Source of the DNA: Rhizaria sp. SCN 62-66 | Lineage: Eukaryota | Reading direction: 5' to 3' | Assembly: GCA_001724265.1 (NCBI GenBank) | Contig: MEDY01000011.1 | Coordinates: forward strand, 124,001 to 188,000 | Length of the DNA stretch: 64,000 nt | Shown: positions 14,401 through 26,400 of the stretch, in pieces | Position numbering within the stretch: position 1 is the stretch's first letter | Layout: each line of letters begins with the position of its first letter | Program-made: the position numbers and the translations under genes | Notes under the pieces: model-generated | The model's input: the letters and a program-made list of their open reading frames with translations, nothing else | The model's database searches: none | Told to the model about the DNA's origin: nothing

Positions 14401-17400
14401 TCGGTGACTTACATCGTCTCTTCTTCACGTATGCAGACACAAAGTACTCGACTACCACCACGGATTTGCCTCTTGTGTCGATTGCTGAGCGTGCTCTGCT
14501 CGCCGACGTGCCTGTGCCGGAAACGCAGTACCAGTGGGACGTGCTGCGCCCCCGTGTGTCGATGGACGGCCGCATGTACACGACGATCCGTCCTTACGTG
14601 CCTGTGGCGACCCCGGCGTCGTCTTACAACGGCCCCGTGCTGCGCGTGTACGGTCTGCGGCTGGCGTACCTTAAGAGCGAGGACCTGCTTGCGGCCGATA
14701 TGTACATGCACAAGCCGAGCACCCGTAGTAACGCAATGAAGGTTACACTTCGCCACCCGCGCCGCTTTATGGTGAAAAACACCATGACGCAACACATCGC
14801 GATGGATTACGCCGTCTGGCACGACTTACCTAATAACTCAAACCGCCCTACTGCGACTTCGATTTGCGCCTCCCGAACCAACGATAAAACGTGGTCGATG
14901 GCATCTAACAACCAGACGTCCGACGCATCCATCGTGGTTATGGACAATAACGACTATCAACAGGCGCTTGTGTGCGAGCAGACTGTTGCTTCGACGTGTT
15001 TTGATGTGCGCAGCAAGTTCCACGCCTACCCTGTGGTCTCCGTCACCAGCAACACCAACAGCAGCCTTGTCTACTTTGAGCGTGCGCTAGAGCGCACTGT
15101 GCATATGGAGGCCGCACCATCATCTCTTGTAGCAATTGCGCTCCGCAACTGTGTGCCAATTTCTGGTGCCTCATGCGATATGTTGATTGTAGTGACTATG
15201 TCCTCGCCTACCGATGTTGCTGGCCTGAGCATTGCGCCGCGCTTTGTTAATTTTGATGCTTCCTCAGCTCTCTCGCTGACGTACACTACTGAGCTTGGTA
15301 ACACCGGAACCCTTGCATGCTCTGTTCCGAACAATTTGCGTCGTGATTGCACCTTTGGAACGCGTGGGGCTGGCGTTACATTGTGGATTCCATTTGGCAC
15401 GTATACCCTCACCAACAATGGCATGAGCACTGTTGTCAAAAACTCTCGCTCGTTGCCTTTTGCGCGCCTCAGCGGAGGTGTCCAAGCCATGCGTGCACTT
15501 GCCGCGACCACTGCAGCCACGGGCGACGTTACGGGTGTGCTCAGCGGGTACAAAGTCCTCGGCTCCACCGGCACCCTTTCCACCTCGCGCGCGCTTCGCT
15601 TTGCAGGTGTCACGTCTGACTGGCGCGAGGGTGCGATGTGTGCCACCGTATGGGGTGCCAACACCACGCGCTGCATGTCCGCAAGCTTCGGTGAAAACGG
15701 TGTGAGACTGCAGTCACCTGCCGAGCTTGTGCTGGACCTGCCCACACCGCCGGCCGATGTGCAGCGCGTGTTTCTGCCCTCTGGTGACACCTTTGGCTGG
15801 AGTCAGTCTCAGCATAAGCTCTACTTCTGGCGTTATTGCGAAGAATGCACGGCTGGCAGTCCATTTTTCAACCCGCTATCTAGCACAGAACGCGTTCGTT
15901 CATTGCTTAAGGTTCGTGAGATCACACAGCCTGCCCCCATGTTCCCTGAGGGCTCGCTTATCCAGCGCTTCCACGTGCTTGCGTCAACGCATCCCGCGCG
16001 CGGTGCCTTTGTGCTGGCCATCGATCAGTTTGGCCTCACATTGCCGCTTCGTGTGGACCCTCGAGGCAACGGCTTTTCGCTTCGTACGGGCAAGGCTGGC
16101 AGCACTAACTGGTCTCCTCTTGCCTCTGGTACAGGCATCTGGAATGCCTACACTACGCAGATTGGCGGTGGCTCGCTCGGCGCGCAGATCACTGCCATTG
16201 TCGACTGGACGGACCTGACTGTGATCAGTCCCACCGTATTGACGAGCATTCTTGTTGCTTTTGAGTCAGGTGCGCTTGTTCACTACTCTGCTCCTGTACT
16301 CGGTCGCACCACCTCTGCATCTGCTTCAGCTAATCCAACCGCAGCCGATCTCGCACTGCCTATCACGCAGCGCGTCGTGCGCAAGCCTACAGGAACTGGT
16401 GCTCTTCGCGCTATCGCTGTATCGATCGAGTGGGGTCTCTTCTTCACTGCAGGTGACACAGGTGCCATTTTTTATGGATTCTTCCCGCGCAACACCAGCG
16501 CGCTTGCGGCTAGCTTTGGCGACATCTCGCTCACACGCGTAACTGATCTGCGTCTGCCGTGCAGTGTGACCAGTCTCGCCCTGAACCCGCTCGGCACTGT
16601 GCTCGTTGCAGGCTGCTCCTCTGGCTACTTGTACTCGCTACGCGTTACGCTCGCATCCTCGCCGGCTACGCCCGCTGCGCCCGTCACTGTCGCGTTTGCA
16701 TTCATCCCGCGAGACCCGACTAAGAAGCGCCTTAGCACGGTGCCTACGTTCCTGCAGAGTTATAACACGCGCTGGAGCGACCTGACACTGGTCAACAGCT
16801 ACGACCAGGCGTTCTTTGACCGCACATACACGGACGCATTTGCCCTGCGCACGCAGTGGGACACCGTGCACGACGTAGCGTTCCACTTCTTTGGTTCGCA
16901 CCTTATGGTGCTTGGCTCCAACGCTGCTGTGAACTCCGCGAGTGCGGCCTGGTCAGTGGCGACGTATCATCTCTCACACCCAATCACGGGACTACAGTAC
17001 ACTGTAGCTGACAACTCGCTGAACCAGATCACGACGTGGTCTATTCAGGCCAATATGCCGCCCGTTGTCTACTCCGATGCGCCACTCTTCTGCCGCCTCG
17101 ATTTCCCGCCCACAACTACCTTCCCGTCTTTGACGCTCACCACGACATGGACCGGTGCCACTGTTACGGGTGCCACTGCCGTTGCCGCCCCGTCAACCCT
17201 GGAGCGTTCGCAGCTTCAGTTCAAGCTGGCATTGGGCTCCGACTCCTCAATGGGCGTTTTCAAGCTTACTATTGCTGGCGTGCAAAACCCGTCTCAGCTG
17301 TACGATAATCTCGACGATATGACATTCGTGTGCCGCATTGCAGACCCGCTGGACGCGACTGCGGTCACAAATCTGGACCGCTTTAACACCGGTTTCGAAG

Positions 17401-20400
17401 TGGCGCGTGTCAGCAACGGTATTCTCGCTGGCATGCTGTTGAGCGCGGAGCTGCAGCGTGTTGATGGCACAAGCGTCGAGTCACTGCCGCACTACACCGT
17501 TGGCCGCACTGTGGAATTGCAAGTTGTTTTGTCGACGACTGCGACGTCGGACCCTATCGTGATGAAGGTTGAGGCGCTCGACCACGACTCGAATGCGCAG
17601 AATAAGTGCGTTCTTTCGGCTACGGAATCTGAGTACACGTTCGCGACCTTTGGCTCTGCCACGGACATCGAGGTCACCATAGCCGTTGGGACCAGCACAA
17701 TTAATTTCTATATCCACTGTTTGACATCGACATCTGTTGCGGGAGCCGATGGTATTAAGCTGCGGCTCAGCTCCAATTCGGCCGTTGCGCATATCGCCGA
17801 CTTTATTACCGGTGTTTTCCACGTAATGCCGTCTGTCACGCCCTCGGTGCAGTACCGTGAAGCTTTCCCCAGCACTACAGTGCATGACAATCCTGACAGC
17901 TTTCCTTCATCCGCTGATGTCAACATCATCATCAGCTGGGACTCGCCCGTGTATGACAGCAACGTTCTTATTCGCATCCTCACGAACGCACTTGATCAGT
18001 GCACGTTCCGCGACACTCTCTATACTGCGCTTCCCGAGGCCTCGACTTTCGACATCCAGATTGGCACTAGCAACTCGTACGTAAACGCAACTTTGATGCG
18101 CTACGAAGGTGTCCTGATGAATTGCGTCCAGATTAACCCGTCCGTCATTATCACCACAACGCATACGCAGGGCCTCGTCAACCTCGTTGACGGTGGTAAC
18201 CAGCGTCCTCGCGTTGTGTATGGTTCGGCTTATCTTGAAGAAGTTGCCGGTTTCGACATTCCTATCAACGCTGTGCGCCCCTTCACTGTCAACATTCGCC
18301 CGCGTGCGCAGGTTACGTCTGACTTGACCGTCCAGCTGCTGCGTAATAGTATCGCCATGACCAACACACCCTGTCGCCTCCGCACCACTGCCGCTGGCTC
18401 TGAATCCGTCGAAATCACGGTGACAGTTCCTGTGAACCAAATGCAGGTGACGGCGTACATCATATGCACGCAGTCTTTCTTCCTCCGCGAGTCCATCGAT
18501 GTACGTCTGACGTACTCTGGTGCAAGCACTGGCTTCGAGATTGTTCCCACGAATAACGTGAAGGCATACAACCCGAACTCGGTCAGCAACTTCTACAAAC
18601 TTGATGGCACTCTGATGATTTTGGCGGGGAATGAGACGACGCACAGAACATCATCTGGCACCGCCCTTGAGATTGAAAGCATCTTCAGTTACCCTATCAG
18701 CCGTGCCACCATCATGGTTTTCTTAGCGCCCGTCGCTTCATCCTGTCGCTTCTCCAAGACCGCCATCAAGTATAGCTCGATGACCACCGAGTCAATTCCA
18801 GGCTTCGCGTTCATGTCTGACGGTGTGACTCCGGCAACGGGTATCTTCTACAACCTTGAGACTGGCGCTTTGAGTGACCGCGTATACGTGGCGTGCATGG
18901 GCACGGCTGGGCCGAATCCGCTGGAACGTCAGATTCTGTCTGGTGATAATATTAAGTGGACGCAGCTTCCTAGCATTACTATCCGTCATGAGCTGCTGGT
19001 GCGCACCACCGCTGTGGGCAACCGCAACAACTACTTGTACGGCGCGCTGCAGGCGCTTGTGATGCACCCGCTCGAGTTGGTAATTTCGCCGCCTTGGGAC
19101 GGTGCACAGCCTGTTAAGGTGCTCGTGACAGGTCCTCCGGAATGCACCTTTGTCGAGGGCACTGATTTTATCAATACGATCCCGACTGAAGTGGAACTGG
19201 GCACGGTCAACCTGCAGCCCGAGTTCCTCCGCTCGATCACTCCTGGCACCAGTTCGATTGCGCTGCGTCTGTACTGCCCACTGACGAGCGTCGGCGGTGC
19301 CGTCACCTTCAACATGGTCGTCCCTGATCCCAGTGATGGCGAAACGCCAAGTGAGCAAGCCCATCGCGAGGCGTACGTCGGCTTCACTTCGCTTACCTTT
19401 AACATCAACGGATTTTACGATCTGGTGTGGTTTCATGATACACCTGACGGCGTGTCGACGGTCGTGTCTAGTTCGACTGCGCCTACCGTGCCTATTCCGG
19501 CCGGACTCATCTACAACGATGCTGTTGTGCGCATTGAAGCCACGATGCGGCCGCTGCCCGTCGTGAACAATGATCTGAATGTTGAGATCTCGCTCGTGGA
19601 TGACGATGCTCATGCGTGCCAGCTCTCGTACAGCCCCATGCAGTCCAATATCTGGTTAGAGCAGGTCTTCACCAACACGCAGTCCGTTTTCAGTGTGTAT
19701 CTGTGGTGTGAGTCACCCACATCTCAACCTATTGCAGTCCGTTTTAGCATCAAGGGAACCACGCACGGCACGTCGTACCCGGCCTTTGATTCGACGCGTC
19801 TGCAGCCTCAGGGCTCTTTTAGCCTCAAGGATCTGCCTGATACGTTTGTGACTGCGTCCCCTGTTCGCGGCTCGATCATGCTGTCAATTCACCCTAACGT
19901 GCCGCAGCAGATCCGCATAGAGCGTTCTGACTCATCCGCTGATTGCCGCTTCACCTCGGCTGACAAGATCGCAGACACTGCGAGCTACACAGCAACAGCT
20001 GTGGTGACACAGTCACAGGCGCAATTCGACGATATCAGCACGCGCATGGGTCCGATTCACTTTGCTATCTACTGCCGCCGCACTCACGTCAAGGGTCCAA
20101 TGATCCGCCTTGTCTCACCTGTTGGTAGTTACGTCACTGAGACCTTTGGACCATACCAAGTGCAGGGTCGCATGTCTATCTCGTTTACGAACCCCACCAC
20201 GCTTGTGGCGCAAAACATCACCGACACTGATGCGCACCTTAACGAAGATGGCACGGAGATGCTTCCCGGCGACACCGTGACTGTGATGGAGGACCCGTAC
20301 TTCTTGCGCGCGCCTAAGACGGATCTGCGCAGCTTTGTGCTGCAGATGGCGCCCGCACTGTCGGCGCAGACCATTGTGCGTGTATCCCTGTCCACCATCC

Positions 20401-23400
20401 GCGGCTCGTGCGGTTTCGTTGCCACCGACTCAGGCTCCACCGGCAACGGTGGCGGCAACACAGATGTCACGGATCTGTCGTCGACGTTCCAGGTTCTCTT
20501 CTATCTTGGAGACTCTCGTGTGTCTTTCTCTGTGGCGTGCCGCGAGGCTACGACTGAATTCCCCTACCTCATCGCTGAGTCTATTGCCGGTGAGCGCTAC
20601 ATCACGTCGTTGACACGACCGCTGCGCGTTCGCGGATACCTCGAGTTCGCTGACCTGACCAACATGGTCTCGCCTGTCACGGCGTGGACTGTGAAGTCCT
20701 TCTCGATCCGCCCAGTGCCGCTGCCGACAGAGGAGACCGTGATCCAGGTCACTGACGGCAGCGTGGCTGGGTCCACTAACAACTGCGTGTTCCGCCTTTA
20801 TGGTGCAACGACAGAGTATGTGGCTTCACCATTCAACTTTACGTACACTTCGACGATGGCGACGCAAGAAATTGCTCTCTACTGCCGTCGGGTTGACCAG
20901 ACGCAGGCGACAGCATTCACGCTCACAGCTCTCAACGACATTTACTTGTCGACCACATCCTGGTCCGTGAACTTGCGCGGCTCTGTGTGGATTGAGGACG
21001 CTGTCGCCAACGATGTGTTCGTTGTCGCGCCACCCACGCCTAACCCGCTCGACACAATCCGCACAGCCAAGCCGCATCATTTGCGTCTGCGCTTCCGACC
21101 CGCAGTTACGAGTCCCACGGCCTTCTCCCTGCAGTCCTCGATCCCACGCTGCCTGGTCTCGCTGACGACCACTGCCACTGCAACCTCGATCACTTTCACG
21201 GTGCCTGTCAACACTGAGACTATGGACGCATATCTCGTGTGCTCTGAGACGCAGTCCACGATGCCTGGTGTTGCGCTTACTCTACGCCCGCAGAGTGGCG
21301 CCGTCTTCTACGTTGCCTACACTACTGCGACGGCGCCGGTATACAGCACCTTCGTGCTGACTCTTCCGTCTGGTGCCCCCATCACGTCGATCCACATTCG
21401 CGAGCCCAACCGCCTGAAGCTCATCTTCGAACCCACTGCGGGGTTGCCGCTGCTTACCCAGATCCGCGTCACGGTGCCCTCCACTGTCGAGGGCAGCTGC
21501 GTCATTGCCGCCGAGCTTGTGGGTACTGTGCCTGCGGCGCCCGCAACGGAGTGGACGTCGACACGTCTCTTCAGTGCTGCGGCGGGCAGTCGCGAGCTCT
21601 ATTTTTGGGTGCGCTGCGACGACTACACTCGTGACCGCGGATTTGACACGAACAAGCTCCCCGTGTTTACTGTCACCCGTGAGAGTGGTGAACTCTTCTG
21701 GCCTCTGACCACGGCGCCTTTCGAGACGTACTATATCACGTGCCCTGTGTTTAGCGATGTTTCCAACGGCCTCATCACGACGACTGCTGGTGAGTTCGGT
21801 CCGCGCGGCTATGGCAGTGTGTTGACGTACTCATGTGATACGGGCTACAACCTGAACACGACGCAGTCCAACGCCGCGGTCCCTGCCGACTGCTCTTCTG
21901 CCACGAACGCATTCGGCTTGTCAGAGTCGACATGCCAGCAGCAGGTGCGCTGCGCGTGGGACGGCTGGGCGGCGGAGCGTATGCCCGTGTGCTCTTTGCA
22001 CGTGTGCTCTGTGATTAAGGCCCCCACGTTCGGCTCGATCACACGCACACTTGGCTACAGTGCCGGCGAGTCCACCTTTGACGCCGGCGCTGCGTTTGCC
22101 TGCTCTGTCGGTTACTATGTCGAAGGCTCGAGTAATATTACGTGCACGCGCGGTGGCTGGAGCGCCTCCGTGCCACAGTGTCTCGGTGTGGTTTGTCCTA
22201 CTCTCGAGGCGCGTGAGGGTGTTGACGTTGAATCAGTGTCCTTCACCACAACGCCGCCGCGCTACACCTCCACTGCGACCTATGTCTGCCCCAGTGGCTA
22301 CCGCGCTGTGCTTAACAACACGCGCCGCTGCCTGGCGGACGGCACGTGGGACGGCGAGGTCGGTGTGTGCACCACCAGCACGTGCACGCCGCTGCTTTAC
22401 GACAATGCGCGCATGGTGCCAATGACTTATCGCAATCAGCAAGGAACTACGCTCCCGTCGCGCGACGTGTACGACGAGACGACGACAGCAACGTACGCTT
22501 GCAAGCCGGGCTACGAGTTCAATGTAAGTAGCAGCTCGCATACTACGACTCGTACATGCATTGAGAACACGTGGATGCCCATTTATGTGCCTGTGTGCAC
22601 GTATCGCACGTGTCCCACGCTCACTCGTTCTTATGGTACCATTACACAGGATCCTACTTCACTAGCAAATAAGTTCTCGGTGAACCTCACTATGACTTGC
22701 GCGTACGGCACGCTTCCGGACCCTACGAAGGCCACTGCGATCTGGTGCAACGAGACTGCGCAGTGGAACAACGAGCTCACAACGTGTGAGCCTAAGTTCT
22801 GTGGCGCTCCGACTTCGGGCTCGTTCATGACCGTGGATGTTGCTGACGGCGTGTCTAAGTTCGGCGTCAATTACAACTCGTCCACAGCCGTCTACCGTTG
22901 CTCTGACGGTTATGATATGACGTACGCCGGTTACAGCCCCAGCGACGGCACTGGTGTTGTGTCTTACCGCACGAGCTCGCTGCAACTGCGTGCTACACGC
23001 ATTTGCTTGCCCGACGGCTGGACTCCCTCCGGGACGCCGCAGTGCAGTCTTCACGTCTGTAGTGCGCTTACTTTGCCAAGCAACGTCAAGGACATTCTTT
23101 ACACATCACCCTCTGGCCTCAACACGACGAACTCTGCCACGAACGCTGTCCGTGTGTATCTCAGTACGGCGCTGTACCGCTGCGAGACTGGCTACGAACC
23201 GCGCGACATGCTCAACACGTCGATGCCGCACACTGCACTCCGCACTTGCCGCAACATTGATATTGGATGGGACCACACTGAGCCAGTGTGCACCCCGTAC
23301 GACTGTGGTCCGGCTGATGAGATCCCGCACATGGGCTCGATCACGTACAGCTACAATCCTGTGGTGACGCCGACGCCGACGAGCTACCGCTCCAATGCGA

Positions 23401-26400
23401 TCTACACCTGCGCCGAGGGCTTCGTGATGGAGTCTGGTGCGGCCAACGCCACGCGCGTGTGTAGTGGACCTGAGCTTGGGTGGTATCCCGCCGCTCCAGT
23501 CTGTGTCGACGTCGACGAGTGCGACCCCAACGGCGGGTATTTCTTCGATTGCGCTGCGGCGTACGGCTCAAGCTCGCGGTGCATCAACACGTTTGGCTCG
23601 TTCGTCTGCACGCCGTATGTGACAAGTTCGCCCGCGCTTGAGGCCGTTGTGACGGAACAGCAGTACACGTCGTACATGCTCAACCCCGAGCTGTACCCGC
23701 TGCCGGCCACCGTCGACGCGTCCACGCGCACGATTAACCCTTCCGACGCGTCTGGCAACCAGCCCATACAGTTCTCTGTCGTGCAGGGCCGCAACCTGGC
23801 TGCGCCCTACATTAACGCCGTTATGTTCTCTAATCCCAACGTCGACGTTTTCCCTGGATTGCTCGACTTTGACTGCCGCAACGTTGTCGTCAGTGAGCAC
23901 GACACGTACCCAGACAAGATGTTCAGAGTGCAGTGTCTGCTGACGCCGGGCCAGGGCATGGACCTGTATCTCCGTCTCCAATTTTGCTATGCTGAAAGTG
24001 TGGAGGCGAGCTCCTCCATCAACTGCGAGACCTGGAACTGGAACTGGGATGGTCGGAGCATTAGCTATCCTGACATGAGCGCCAACAGCAACTACAAGCT
24101 TCGTTACCCTGCGCCGTCGTTTGTTGCTTCATCGCTTTTCTCGGTCACGTACGACTCCGGTCGTACCGACGACTACGTTATGCCTAGTGTCATGGGTGAG
24201 CAGATTGGCTTCGACATCAATAATCTCTACTTTGAGCGGCCCGGATTGCTGTCGATGTACATGGGTGAGGCCACGACGACGGATGACTACCCATACGAAT
24301 GTGAGATCGATATCGAGAAATCACTCGACCTTTCTACGGTCAACCGCACTCTCGTGTGCCGCGTCCCGGACATGGTCAACAAGGCCAACTTGCGCTTCAA
24401 ATTTGGGCTCGCCGGTCACATTTCCTACTCCACGGATCAGCTCTCCTACCCGCAGATCCCGCGTGTCGACTCAGTCACTGGCTGTGCTGAGGCCATCAAC
24501 GATGCTGATGGTGGCGTTATCATCACCTCGGGCTGCTCTACTGAAGGTACAGACTACCTGCATGTCACGGGCAACGCGTTCATTGAGCCGTTGACAGCGT
24601 TCGTACACGGTCGCCGGTGCGTCGTCGAGCAATACATTGATTCGACCAACTTTTACTGCCGCGTCCCCGTTGGCACCGGCTCAAGCTTGACGTTTATCGT
24701 CAAGGCTTCGACGCAGACCGTGCAGGTCGACAACATGCTCAGCTATGGAGCACCTACCATTGACTCGGTCGAAGGTTGCACCATGCCTGCAGCGAACTCG
24801 CGGACTGTTCTGAACTGCGCCCGTCAGGGCGGCAACGTGCTCGTGCTCCGCGGTCGCAACTTCGGTTACGACGGCGCCACAGTCTCTATCGGCGGCATCT
24901 CGTGTCTGTACGTTGAGCATGACCGGAGCAACTCGATGAACGCGTCGCTGCCGCACCGCGTTGTACGCTGCCACGTGCCGCCTGGCACCGGGCTGGACCA
25001 GCAGATTGTTATTTCACAGCGCTACGGTGCTGCGTCGACACAGCCTTTCTTCTTGTCTTACGTGCAATGCACAGTAGGTACATATGAGCGCGGCTACTCC
25101 TGCCAGGCGTGCAACCAGGGTGAATACAACAATCGTACAGGCTCGCAGGCACAATGCATGCAGTGCCCATCCGGCACACATGCGCCTGCGTTCGGTGCGA
25201 CCGAGTGTCTTGAGTGCCCCGCAGGCACGTACTCACCTTTGGGCTCGGCCACGTGCTACAAGTGCCCGCGTGGCACCTTCTCGGGTGCCAGAGCTGACCG
25301 CTGCGCGCAGTGCGTGCCGGGCACGTACGCATCGCGCGAGGGTAGCACATCTTGCGACAAGTGCGGTGAGAACGCCGAACAGACGATCGACTACGCGTAC
25401 TGCCAATGCAAGGCAGGTTACTATCAGACGCTCGGTGGCGTGTGTGCGCTGTGTGCCAAGGGTGGTGACTGTACCAAGGGTGGAATGACGGTATATAACA
25501 TCCTCTCGCTTGCGTCTTACTCGCCATCTGCGATTCAGGACTCAGTCGTCAAGGCTGTGCGCGTCACCATCGACTTGCGCTTGCCTGCAGTCACTACCGC
25601 CGAACAGGCTGCTGTGCGCACGCTTGTCATCAAGGTTCTTTTTGATGACACTGATTTGCCGCAGGAGCGCGTCGTAATTGAGTCGATTACACCGCAGATT
25701 CTGGCGTCTGATGGGTACTATGGCGCACGTGTCGTGCTGCTTGTCATGCCGTCGTTCAGTCAGAACGGACTCGTCGCGCACGATACTACCACGACAACTG
25801 CTGTGTCGGAGCCTGCCTCTTTGAACGTGTCGTTGCCGTCATTCGCGGTGCTGTCGACGTCGGGCAGGTGGGTCGTCGGAGAATCTCCTGTGGCTGACGA
25901 GATTGCGTATCTGTTAGACATCATCATGGGTCTTTTCACGCGCCCAGATCAGTCTGAAGACCCGGCCAACAATGTCACACTCTCCGTGGCTGAGACTACT
26001 CTTGGTGACGCGTACGTCGCTGAGCCCACGCTCGATGAGGCCTTCGCGCGCCGCCCTGTGTCGTCGTTCCAGGAGTGCTTCCACGAAGCATGCATGTCTG
26101 GCAGCAGCTGCAGGGCGGGCCATGGAGGTAACCTTTGCACAGTCTGTGAGCCCGGCTATGGCCGCCAGTCGACCTTCACGTGCCGCCAATGCTTCAGCAC
26201 GCCTGTCCAGGCCTTATACCTTACTGCTTCGATCGTCGCTGCGATTCTTATCTGTGCCGTGCTGGCGTGGAAGCAGATCGTCGATGGCCGTAAGTCGACC
26301 AATGAGCTGCCTGCGCCTGCCGTGCCGCTGCTGTTCAAGATCGCCGTCTCTGGCATTCAGATCTTCGCAATTGCTGCGCGCTACGATGTCTATTGGCCTG

